Assembly (NCBI GenBank): GCA_038891095.1
Contig: JAWAEV010000004.1
Location: 570-64,569, forward strand
DNA: 64,000 bases
From: Candidatus Altiarchaeota archaeon
GTDB lineage: Archaea > Altiarchaeota > Altiarchaeia > IMC4 > QMZM01
Direction: 5' to 3'
Under the pieces are notes generated by a model. It ran no database searches and was not told the origin of the DNA. It saw only the letters and a list, made by a program, of their open reading frames with translations. A program made the position numbers and the translations under genes. Of the stretch, positions 46,079 through 55,346 are shown piece by piece. Each line of letters starts with the position of its first letter. The first letter of the stretch is position 1.

Positions 46079-47275
46079 TTAGAATGTGCTATAATCGTCT
46101 TCATCAATTTCATTCATAAGGTATTTCAAAATCAATTCTTTATTGCCATCTCTCTTTACTTGCTTTATGTATTCAATTGTCTTATCCCAATATTCATCAG
46201 TTTCTATTTTTAATGAATCTAAAGATAAATCAAATTTTTTACCTAAATAATCCTCACATTTTCTTTGGTAATCTCTGAGAGCATCCTCACTATAATCATT
46301 CATTTTTATTGCTTTTCTTGCTATATTAGCAGCATATCTTCCACAAATCATAGCAAATCTTATTCCTTCTCCTAATAAAGGACTAGCCTGAGCTGCAGCA
46401 TCACCTACAATTAAAAGTCCACTAGCATAAGGCTTTTTAATCTGCCCACATAGCGGATACGAACCACTATGGAATTCTATTGGCTGTGCTTTTTTAACTA
46501 TCTTACTAACAATTGGATGTTCATTTAGTAACTTATCAAAACAATCGTATATATCCTTACCTGTTTCTTTCTTGAATTTTTCGTACTCTCTTGTTGGATT
46601 ATTGATAATTGTACATATTCCTACTCTTGCCTCGTTTAATCCCGTAGGAAACACCCAACCATATCCTACGGGAACTACATCATATCCTACATAAAATTCC
46701 ATCCTCTTAGGATTTTTTAGTTTTACATTTTTCATCTCGTACTCCATACCTATTCCCAATTCACGCCCTTTATAATCTAACCTACCAAGTTTCTTTGCAA
46801 TCACTGCAGATGGTCCTGAAGCATCGATAGTTATCTTTGCTCTTACTTTTCTTGTTTTGTTTAAAGTGTTAATAACAACTCCGACTATTTTACTATCTTC
46901 AAATAAAACATCTGAAACTGTCGCAGGTAATATTAAATTAGCACCATTTCTAATTGCTCTAAAAGTTAATTCCTGTAAGAATTTATGAAATTGAAGAGTA
47001 CATAAAACATCTTGGTTCCATCTAACTTCAACATCTTTTTTAGAAGAAATTGAGTGAATATATATTGAATCCATTGTTTGGCATATACTTTCTTTAGAAA
47101 TTTTAAAATCTTGGATTACGCTCATCCAAGTGGCTGCAGAAGTTTTTACAGGATAGCCGATCTCGCTACTTTTTTCTATTATAATAGTTTTTAATCCATT
47201 TTTAGCACTTTCTATAGCTGTTGATAACCCAGCAGGGCCTGCCCCTACAACTAAAACATCACAATCTATTTTCAT
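46079..47275 (-). CDS. FAD-dependent geranylgeranyl reductase family oxidoreductase
   Basis: 398 aa with CDVLVVGAGPAGLSTA (dinucleotide-binding fold) and LLIVGDAAAQASPLLGEGIRFA (GGR motif). Confidence 0.8.
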   Translation of the reverse strand: MKIDCDVLVVGAGPAGLSTAIESAKNGLKTIIIEKSSEIGYPVKTSAATWMSVIQDFKISKESICQTMDSIYIHSISSKKDVEVRWNQDVLCTLQFHKFLQELTFRAIRNGANLILPATVSDVLFEDSKIVGVVINTLNKTRKVRAKITIDASGPSAVIAKKLGRLDYKGRELGIGMEYEMKNVKLKNPKRMEFYVGYDVVPVGYGWVFPTGLNEARVGICTIINNPTREYEKFKKETGKDIYDCFDKLLNEHPIVSKIVKKAQPIEFHSGSYPLCGQIKKPYASGLLIVGDAAAQASPLLGEGIRFAMICGRYAANIARKAIKMNDYSEDALRDYQRKCEDYLGKKFDLSLDSLKIETDEYWDKTIEYIKQVKRDGNKELILKYLMNEIDEDDYSTF

Positions 47276-47276
47276 T

Positions 47277-48347
47277 TTACCATCCTACTTTATTGCTTAG
47301 ATCATATGCTTTATACAGCTTAAGATATTTTCTATAAAATAACAAACATTTTATCTGCGTAAGCCATGAGGCCCCTTTTATAAATAGTTTTATGTGTTTG
47401 CTTAATTCATCGTTATTCATTTGAGTCAACTGCTCAAATGCTTCTATAAAAATTTTTGAAGAAAAATCTGTTTTCAACCATTCATTTTCATACTGTAATG
47501 GATTTTCATTTATAATTGCTTTTGCTGCTAACTTACCTGCGAGCATTCCAGGTCTTATTCCTCCTTTTGTGATAGCATTTGTTTGACATGCAGCATCACC
47601 AACTAATAAAATTCTTCCATGAACGTATTTATTTATGCCACCATAACCGATTGCACGGGATTGTTTCACTAATATTTTTTCCTTTGGTTTAAATATCCTG
47701 CCTTTTATGAGTGGATAACCAACTTTAGTTTTATCTCCATGTGGAAAAATCCACATATAATCCCCATCATATTTCTCATCATAATAGAACATGAGTGTAC
47801 CATGCTCTGGTTCTTTGTCTACGATATACTGAACAAAATACCTAACCTTTCCTTTAATTCCTAAATTACTTCTGATTAAAGAATTAGCACCATCTGCTGC
47901 TATAACATAATCATAATCTCTAATTTCATCCTCAAATTTTACTTTGACTTTTTTATCACTTTGATTTATTGCTTTTACTACTTTATTCTTAAACTCTCCC
48001 CCCTTCTTTTTAAACTCTTCTACTATAGATCTAAGAAATTGTGCTCTATTTAGGATATATCCTTCTACTTTCGTATCTATTTCAATATCACCTGGCCAGT
48101 AATCTTTTATTAGTTTTATTTCTTCAACAATACCTCCAGGTTCCAATGGTGTTAGTTCATTAAGAAGATGTTTACTCACTGCTTCTCCACACATATCATG
48201 ATATTTAGAATAGTTATCTTCATCTAATTTTTCCACTAATTCTACAGTGATTAAGTTATCCTTATCAAACTCCTTAATGAAATAAGCAGCACTTGCACCA
48301 GCAGGTCCAGCCCCAACAACCAACACATCGCATTTTAGTGTTGACAT
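47277..48347 (-). CDS. FAD-dependent geranylgeranyl reductase-like oxidoreductase (divergent paralog)
   Basis: 356 aa with CDVLVVGAGPAGASAA, VIAADGANS and ILLVGDAACQTNAITKGGIRPG. Confidence 0.7.
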   Translation of the reverse strand: MSTLKCDVLVVGAGPAGASAAYFIKEFDKDNLITVELVEKLDEDNYSKYHDMCGEAVSKHLLNELTPLEPGGIVEEIKLIKDYWPGDIEIDTKVEGYILNRAQFLRSIVEEFKKKGGEFKNKVVKAINQSDKKVKVKFEDEIRDYDYVIAADGANSLIRSNLGIKGKVRYFVQYIVDKEPEHGTLMFYYDEKYDGDYMWIFPHGDKTKVGYPLIKGRIFKPKEKILVKQSRAIGYGGINKYVHGRILLVGDAACQTNAITKGGIRPGMLAGKLAAKAIINENPLQYENEWLKTDFSSKIFIEAFEQLTQMNNDELSKHIKLFIKGASWLTQIKCLLFYRKYLKLYKAYDLSNKVGW

Positions 48348-48349
48348 TT

Positions 48350-51300
48350 TTAACCCCTATAATAATCCTTATTCACTTGATACCATAGATTATCATAACA
48401 TTTAACTTGATATACTGGCTTATAATTGGAACTTATTTTTGTTGCCCAATTTTCATTATTCCCGGAATCTAAGTAATATTGGGCATTTTTGCTTCCTGAT
48501 GAATAACTATAACTTCTATAGCTATAAATTCCTTGAGTACATTTGCAGAATTTATTCATCTGATTACTGTTTCTTTGCAAATAGGGATAGGCAGACCAGC
48601 ATTTTGGTAGAGTGGTTGTTGTAGTGGTGGATGTTATTATAGTAGTGATTGTGCTAGTTGTCGTTATTGTAGGAGTAGTAGTTGTAGTGCTTGTCGTTGT
48701 GCTAGTGGTTGTTGTTAGTGTTGTTGTAGTCACTATTATCTTATAATAATCTTTATTCAAAGGATAAATATTATTGTCAGAACATTTTACTTGATATATT
48801 GGCTTATATTGAGAACTTATTCCCGTTGCCCAGTTTTCATTGTTTCCTGAGTCTAAATAATATTGAGAATTTTTCCAACCAGAGGTATAACTGTAACCTC
48901 TATAGCTATAAGAACCTTGAGCACATTTACAAAACTTCTTGACTTGAGAAGCCTCTCTTTTTAGATAAGAGTAAGCAGACCAGCATTTCATTGAAGGTAA
49001 AGTTGTTGTTGTGGTTGTCTCTGTGGTTGTTGTGGTCGTGGTAATTGTACTTGTAGTTGTCGTGGTAGTAGTAGTTGTCGTAGTTGTCGGAGTGGTTGTC
49101 GTTGGAGTCGTAGTCGTACTTGTCATAGTGCTAGTTGTTGTACTTATAGTTGTTGTTGAGGTCGTTGTAGTGATAGTGGTTGTAGTGCTTGTTGTTGTGG
49201 TACTTGTAGTTGTCGTGGTAGTAGTAGTTGTCGTAGTTGGAGGTAATTGTTTTATCATAACTAACACTTTTTGCCTATCTTTCAATCCTTCAGGATCTGA
49301 TAAAGAAACTACTATGAATTTTTCTCCGAAAATATTTGGTTTTGGTGTTATAATCAAAATGCTATTATTTTCAATAGAAGCATTGAATATTTCGTTGCTA
49401 TTTCTTTCAATTCCCCAGATTAATTTTTCTTTACTGCTTTCTCTATCTCTTCCATAAGGAGATAAGTTTAATGTCACAGGAATATTTTCATTTGTGATTA
49501 TATCTGGAATTAAGGGATCTATTATTGGTGGAGTATTAACATTGTTAACTGTAACTTTCCATGTTTTTGAGGTAACAGCAAGGCCATCACTTACAGTTAA
49601 AACAATATTTTTAACACCAGAATCATCATAACCTGGCGAATATGTATAATAACTTGATGTTGACACAACAACACCATCTAAAGTCCATACATAGCTTAGA
49701 ATTCCTTTTGCTCCAATGACTATAGCTTCAAACTCTAAACTCTGACCTTCATCAACATTAGGCATAGTTGTACTTGGCTTACAAGAAGCAATCAATAATG
49801 GCACTTCTCCAATGCTAATCGTGAACAGCTCATTCATCTTCCAACCTTCAACTTTATCTTCTCCTGGAGAAGGTGTTGTTGTAGGAATGCCATTTATCTT
49901 CCAAGTTAATGCATCGCCTTGCATAGCTTCTCCATCTGTGGGATCATTAGTATCAACTATAGGAATCTGTATAGAATATCTTCCATCACTGCATATAGTT
50001 GTTGTGTTAGTAACAACTTCTCCAGTATTAGTAACCTCAACAGTAATTTGTGTTCCATCTGGAGCTAAAGTACCATTAATGACAGCATGCCCAAAATAAC
50101 TCTCTGGCAAATTTGGCATTTCTAATGATGCTGTTGCTCTTAATCCACTAAGTTGCCCTTTATTTATCTCACAACTTTGTGGTGTTAATGAAGAACCACC
50201 ATCAATGAAGATAAATGCTTCTAAGGGTAGTGAGATCAAATTCCAGCCTTCATTCAAGTGAATAGTGAAAGTTTTTATTTCTTCAGCATCACATATACTG
50301 CCTATACCATTGTTATTACCATCCCTCTGCTCAGGATTGTAATTAAAGGGACAATTGTCATTCACATCCAAAACTCCATCATTATCATCATCTAAATCAT
50401 GAAAATCAGGGTCACCATCTTTGTCATTATCTTTACCAACATACAATTTAAATTCACCACTACCTTCCCACCAAGCAACCTCAATGTAGTATGTTCCTGG
50501 GATAGATATCACACAACTTTCATTCACACCATACCCCTCTCTCCAAGAAGTGCATATGGGTTTCTCACTGTAATTTCTCATAATAGATAGGTCATAATCT
50601 GCTGAATTTGGAACTTCAAGAAAGACACTAATTGGATAATTCACAGTGTTCAAATTATATCTAGAGTAAATTTCTGTGAGATAGCAATTTTGCATATTCT
50701 CTATGTTTATAGGTCTCCCAGGCCAATTCTTATCTCCGCAGTTTGATGTTGGCAATGTTGTAGTGGTGCTTGTGGTTGTCGTTGTTGTTGGTGTAGTAGT
50801 TGCATTATTTTCTGAGTTAACAACTATTTCCTTTTCAATCACATTATTCCATTCATCACTTTCATCAATTATGTTATCTGGATCAACTCTTGCAGTAATG
50901 CTATGATTCCCCAACCTAGCAAGCAAATTAAATTCTAATGTTGTTTTTGATATTTGTGATAAGAGAGGAATAGTCTTATTCTCATATGAATTTCCATCAG
51001 CCAATAACTCAACTTTTACATTGCTGGCATCGGTGTAACCTAAGTTAACCAATGTTAAGTTAACTTTCACTTCCTCTCCTGCCTTAGGCACTTCTGGCTG
51101 AATTGAAATTTTTAAAGGTAATAGATCTGCTCTGTTTCTAATCTTTACTGAAATGTTTCTGTCAATAGAATTCCCAACCTTATCAGTTGCAACAACCTGA
51201 ATTATATGAGAGCCATTCAAACCAAGTGTGCCCCATATTGTCTTTAAACCATAGCCAATCTTTCTTCTTTCATTTCCAGAAATTAAGAACCATTCAACTT

Positions 51301-54300
51301 CTCCAATTCCTGTGCCGGAGTCAAAAGCAGTTACATTCAACTCTGTTATATCCCTTATAACTGCTCTATCTGAGGGAAAAACATCTGAAATTACTGGAGG
51401 AGTATTGTCAACATTTACACTGAAGGTTTTCGTTGCTAAGTTACCAACCTTATCTTTGACTTTAACCTCAAGCTGATGCATTCCATCGTTTTCTCCTTTT
51501 GTATCCCACAGTAGTGAAGAATTCTCTCCTAAATAAGAGCCATCTTTGTACCATTTAATTTCAAAAGCTCCGGTTTCAGGGTCATATGCCAATGTTCCTA
51601 AGAGAACTTCTCCGCTCACATTTTGCTCATAAACTTTCCCTTTCTCAGTTTCTAAGACAAAAGTTGAGTTTATTATTGGTACAGACTCATCTTTTCTAAC
51701 AGTTATCGTGAGTATCTCGCTCTCAGCCCAATTGTTCTTGCTGTCATAGACTTTTGCATATGCATGATAAGTTCCTAAATTATTTAAGGATGGGATACTT
51801 CTTGTACATGTTTCTCTCACACTCTTTCCACTCAAATATCTAATACAAAATGCTGTGTTCTTACTTGCTTCCTCAATGAAGAAATCAACATGGTCTAATT
51901 CTTTATCATCATTAGCTTTAATTTCAAATTGAATCTCATTAAAGAAGACCTTTATAGAAAAGTTTTCAATTTTTGGAGGCTCATCTATTGAGAGATTAAA
52001 ACCAATAATATTGGAATCTACTGAGATGCTACGCCAATTATCATCATAACCATAAACTCTCATCAGAAATCTATTCTCCCCATTTTTATTCATTCCGCAA
52101 TAGTCAATGGGAATTCTAACATCAAAATAATCTGTTAAGCCATTAGGAACATAAGTGTTACCAAAATTGACTTTTTCGCAAGTGCAAAGACCCCAACCAG
52201 ATGATGTTCTAATCACTGGAATAATGTCCTTAACATAAATTGGTCCAGAAATACCAACTTTCACTTCTATGTACCTTTTATCAACACCATTACAATTCTT
52301 TGCAAGGAATGTGTTTGCAATAAATTTATTCCCTGGCATTAAGTTTAAGATTTTAACTTCGCTAATTTCTTCTATCCATGCTGAAGGAGATCCACTTGCT
52401 GAAATATTGTTAGAAGTTTGAGTAATGTTCTCTCCTATGTCTGTAATTAACTCAGAAGTAGTGGAACTGCATACAATTTCACCACCACAAATATGCGTAT
52501 ACTCAACTTTTGGATCTGATTTTGCGTATACTGTCGTTGAAGGATCAGACCATCCCTCACCACTAACAGAAACATTGAATGTATAGTTTATCAACTCTTC
52601 ATCAAAAATGAAAGGAACATAAATCGGTAAAACTCTCAGATAAACATCACCTGAATCTGCAGCAGTGAAATCCAACTTCCCACCCTTATTTGCCCCTAAG
52701 AAAATATTAGGTATAATTGGTAGCATACTCGTCAATCCGGTTCTCTGTTCTTTTACCTCTAACCAAATTGGCAAATTTGAAAATAAAACATTAATTGAAT
52801 ATTTCTGTCCCTTTTTGACATAGAACTTATACCAATCTTCGCTGTCGTTTTGCTTAGTGAGAAGATATGCATTCAGTTCTTGATTCAATTTTGAATTTAG
52901 ATCATCTGCAATGGCTTCAGAATTTGCTGCATCTTTGCTTAGGTTCGCATCCTCTAAAACCTGAATTTTAAACATTTGCTGGTCGTTGTCGTTCAGGCTT
53001 TGCTGATTCCCATCTGAAGCATAAATCTGAAAGGTTATTACGTCTCCGTTTTTTGCATCCACAGGTATTGTAAAGTTAGTGCTCCAATTTCCGTCAAATT
53101 GAGAACCCTCTACAAAACTCATTGGAGCTGCATGATGCACACCTTTATAAATCCAATCAATTGCAGTTCCTGTTGAAACTACACCTTCATCATCAAGAAT
53201 ATTTGCTAATACACGAGCATTACCTTGTGGGTAAGCGACAGAGTTAAATTTTACATTCCAGATATACGGGGAAGTTACTACGAACTCATTAATCGTCTGG
53301 AAATAGTTCTCACATTTTTCTAAACCTGCTACTGTGGGTGAATAATACCTTAGCTTTGCATAGTTTTTAAAATTTCCCAGTTGGTCCTCAGGTGATTTTA
53401 CCCAATCGGCATCTCCCTTCAATAAGTCATTATTTTGTGTTTCATTGAACTGATTGAAATACACCCATGAACATCTCATCTCAGGAGTTGGTGTTAGGAC
53501 ATCAACATAATAAAGAGAACTTCCTAAATTTATAAACGTCATTGGATAAATCTGACTTTCTGTTGGTTTATTTATGTGGGTATCCGGATCATAACAATAA
53601 GGGGGATTTGGATAATAACCACGAATCCACGATCTGATAATTATGTCTAAATCATCTGTTTCAGTATTGGCGCATCTCTTATCTTCTTTAGAAAAATAGA
53701 ACGGAACCTCTACGAATACTATGGAAACTAATATCATAGTTGGTCCACCAGCTGCGCCTTTCGATAAAACGCGAACACCATGTTCCACACCCACCTCAAC
53801 ACCAAATTTTATCATAGCTTCAGGGGTGAGTAAATCACTTATTGATTCATCCGGATTAATTGCAGCACTTGCAACATTAACTATGATAATACTTCCCGCA
53901 TTAGCGTGTAATGCTTTTTTTAAGATCGGTGATGTTACGCGCTTTTCAATAACTTCTTCAGCAATTTCTTTAGGTAGTATCCATATTGGGCTTTCACCAA
54001 GATCAATTGAACTCTTTGTGACATTTCCAAAAATATCTGCATGTTTCCACAGTTTGTTCTCTCTCGTCTCCAAGAAAATTCGTGCTATATCCCTCTCCCC
54101 TTGCTTTACATTGGTATAGACAATACTCTCAGATACGAAATGGTAAACTTTATAGTATATAGGATCACAGCTAGTAGTATTGCAATTTAACCAAGCTCTA
54201 CATGTGTAAGGTAAACCTTTAGAATCGGTAAATACTCCCTTTTCACCATAATTACATTCCACTTGACATTTAGGACTCTCGCAATCAGATTTTTCTAAGT

Positions 54301-54592
54301 CTATTTCAGTTTGTGCGATTATCTTGTAAGTGCCGGTGTGGTCAACAGGTATATCAGCAGAGTTCTCAGAAGTAAGTGATATGTTCCTAACTTGAGTGTC
54401 CTTGTAGTATATCTCAATATCTACTTTTCTGTTAATATCATCTCCGAGGGCATCAGTTACAATAATATGAATAATGTCTGCAGCTTTTACGTTAAAACTT
54501 ATTGTTAGTAGTAAAACTATTACTGGAACTAAGTATGTTCTCAAGATAAAACTCATCAAATAAACCGTTCTTAATCTAGTGATTTTTGACAT
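48350..54592 (-). CDS. Giant mosaic cell-surface adhesin-like protein (2080 aa)
   Basis: It has a signal peptide and PPC-like domains (DWYKFYV..., and 50435-50743 with ADYDLSI). Ig-like repeats are present (VDNTPPVISD...). Further domains are CARDB (50819-51130), TSP type 3-like Ca-binding repeats (50285-50431), a PKD-like domain (49538-49765), poly-Thr stalks and two copies of a C-terminal Cys/Tyr domain. Confidence 0.85.
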   Translation of the reverse strand: MSKITRLRTVYLMSFILRTYLVPVIVLLLTISFNVKAADIIHIIVTDALGDDINRKVDIEIYYKDTQVRNISLTSENSADIPVDHTGTYKIIAQTEIDLEKSDCESPKCQVECNYGEKGVFTDSKGLPYTCRAWLNCNTTSCDPIYYKVYHFVSESIVYTNVKQGERDIARIFLETRENKLWKHADIFGNVTKSSIDLGESPIWILPKEIAEEVIEKRVTSPILKKALHANAGSIIIVNVASAAINPDESISDLLTPEAMIKFGVEVGVEHGVRVLSKGAAGGPTMILVSIVFVEVPFYFSKEDKRCANTETDDLDIIIRSWIRGYYPNPPYCYDPDTHINKPTESQIYPMTFINLGSSLYYVDVLTPTPEMRCSWVYFNQFNETQNNDLLKGDADWVKSPEDQLGNFKNYAKLRYYSPTVAGLEKCENYFQTINEFVVTSPYIWNVKFNSVAYPQGNARVLANILDDEGVVSTGTAIDWIYKGVHHAAPMSFVEGSQFDGNWSTNFTIPVDAKNGDVITFQIYASDGNQQSLNDNDQQMFKIQVLEDANLSKDAANSEAIADDLNSKLNQELNAYLLTKQNDSEDWYKFYVKKGQKYSINVLFSNLPIWLEVKEQRTGLTSMLPIIPNIFLGANKGGKLDFTAADSGDVYLRVLPIYVPFIFDEELINYTFNVSVSGEGWSDPSTTVYAKSDPKVEYTHICGGEIVCSSTTSELITDIGENITQTSNNISASGSPSAWIEEISEVKILNLMPGNKFIANTFLAKNCNGVDKRYIEVKVGISGPIYVKDIIPVIRTSSGWGLCTCEKVNFGNTYVPNGLTDYFDVRIPIDYCGMNKNGENRFLMRVYGYDDNWRSISVDSNIIGFNLSIDEPPKIENFSIKVFFNEIQFEIKANDDKELDHVDFFIEEASKNTAFCIRYLSGKSVRETCTRSIPSLNNLGTYHAYAKVYDSKNNWAESEILTITVRKDESVPIINSTFVLETEKGKVYEQNVSGEVLLGTLAYDPETGAFEIKWYKDGSYLGENSSLLWDTKGENDGMHQLEVKVKDKVGNLATKTFSVNVDNTPPVISDVFPSDRAVIRDITELNVTAFDSGTGIGEVEWFLISGNERRKIGYGLKTIWGTLGLNGSHIIQVVATDKVGNSIDRNISVKIRNRADLLPLKISIQPEVPKAGEEVKVNLTLVNLGYTDASNVKVELLADGNSYENKTIPLLSQISKTTLEFNLLARLGNHSITARVDPDNIIDESDEWNNVIEKEIVVNSENNATTTPTTTTTTSTTTTLPTSNCGDKNWPGRPINIENMQNCYLTEIYSRYNLNTVNYPISVFLEVPNSADYDLSIMRNYSEKPICTSWREGYGVNESCVISIPGTYYIEVAWWEGSGEFKLYVGKDNDKDGDPDFHDLDDDNDGVLDVNDNCPFNYNPEQRDGNNNGIGSICDAEEIKTFTIHLNEGWNLISLPLEAFIFIDGGSSLTPQSCEINKGQLSGLRATASLEMPNLPESYFGHAVINGTLAPDGTQITVEVTNTGEVVTNTTTICSDGRYSIQIPIVDTNDPTDGEAMQGDALTWKINGIPTTTPSPGEDKVEGWKMNELFTISIGEVPLLIASCKPSTTMPNVDEGQSLEFEAIVIGAKGILSYVWTLDGVVVSTSSYYTYSPGYDDSGVKNIVLTVSDGLAVTSKTWKVTVNNVNTPPIIDPLIPDIITNENIPVTLNLSPYGRDRESSKEKLIWGIERNSNEIFNASIENNSILIITPKPNIFGEKFIVVSLSDPEGLKDRQKVLVMIKQLPPTTTTTTTTTTTSTTTTSTTTTITTTTSTTTISTTTSTMTSTTTTPTTTTPTTTTTTTTTTTTSTITTTTTTTETTTTTTLPSMKCWSAYSYLKREASQVKKFCKCAQGSYSYRGYSYTSGWKNSQYYLDSGNNENWATGISSQYKPIYQVKCSDNNIYPLNKDYYKIIVTTTTLTTTTSTTTSTTTTTPTITTTSTITTIITSTTTTTTLPKCWSAYPYLQRNSNQMNKFCKCTQGIYSYRSYSYSSGSKNAQYYLDSGNNENWATKISSNYKPVYQVKCYDNLWYQVNKDYYRG
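48608..48733 (-). repeat. Poly-threonine linker-coding tract (between the twin C-terminal domains)
   Basis: It translates to VTTTTLTTTTSTTTSTTTTTPTITTTSTITTIITSTTTTTT. Confidence 0.9.
48998..49243 (-). repeat. Poly-threonine/proline linker-coding tract (about 82 codons)
   Basis: It translates to PPTTTTTTTTTTTSTTTTSTTTTITTTT...TTTTT. An antisense poly-Val ORF lies at 49011..49457. Confidence 0.9.
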
Positions 54593-55337
54593 AGTTTATA
54601 CAAAAATTTTTTGAGTAGTTTCTTTTTATTTTTTCGCAGTATAACAAATCCAATTTTGCTTTTGCTAAGTTCAGAAAACAAACATCTCTATTGTCTTCGT
54701 TTGAGAGCATATCACAAATGGAGGAATCTGTTATTTTTTCATTTACGCTGAGATAACACATCTCTTTAAAATTTGTCGACGCTATCTTGTTGCAAACTGT
54801 ATAGTCCCCCCTATCTATGGCCTCTGTAGTGTAACGCCTATAGACTTCATACTCACTTAGTTGTACAGAATCATATACCTGAACTACAATTAGTACAAGA
54901 ATTGCTATCAACGAAATTAGTTTATCAAACAGATTTACTCTCTGAAACAAACTCTTAACTTTTATCAATCCTAAAAATATCGTTATGCTGATTAATCTTC
55001 CGAGAAGTCTTTCAACTGTGTTATTATCACCATGAAAAATGAACATGATGATAGCGATTATTAGACCTAAATAAAACCCCCATCTTAGACGAAGTATTAT
55101 CCCTATACCTGCAATTATTGAGATAATATGTACGAATGATTGTGTAGTGCTGCCAATGAAATAAAGTTCATCAAATGTAGTAAACAAGTTAACTATGCCT
55201 CTCAGAATAAAGACAACTGCAATGAAATCAATAGCCCACGGTTTTACACTTATTTTTCTCGCTTTTTTAGAAGCAATAACTATTGGTTTCTTGTGTTGCA
55301 TACCTTTTTCCCCACCATGTCGCTCTTCTTTTTCCAT
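54576..55337 (-). CDS. Membrane protein with a C-terminal periodic-cysteine region
   Basis: 253 aa with about 4 TM helices. The C-terminal region has Cys every 12-14 residues (CNKIASTNFKEMCYLSVNEKITDSSICDMLSNEDNRDVCFLNLAKAKLDLLYCEKIKRNYSKNFC). It overlaps the start of the giant adhesin gene by 17 nt. Confidence 0.5.
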   Translation of the reverse strand: MEKEERHGGEKGMQHKKPIVIASKKARKISVKPWAIDFIAVVFILRGIVNLFTTFDELYFIGSTTQSFVHIISIIAGIGIILRLRWGFYLGLIIAIIMFIFHGDNNTVERLLGRLISITIFLGLIKVKSLFQRVNLFDKLISLIAILVLIVVQVYDSVQLSEYEVYRRYTTEAIDRGDYTVCNKIASTNFKEMCYLSVNEKITDSSICDMLSNEDNRDVCFLNLAKAKLDLLYCEKIKRNYSKNFCINYVKNH

Positions 55338-55346
55338 TTGAGTTTT

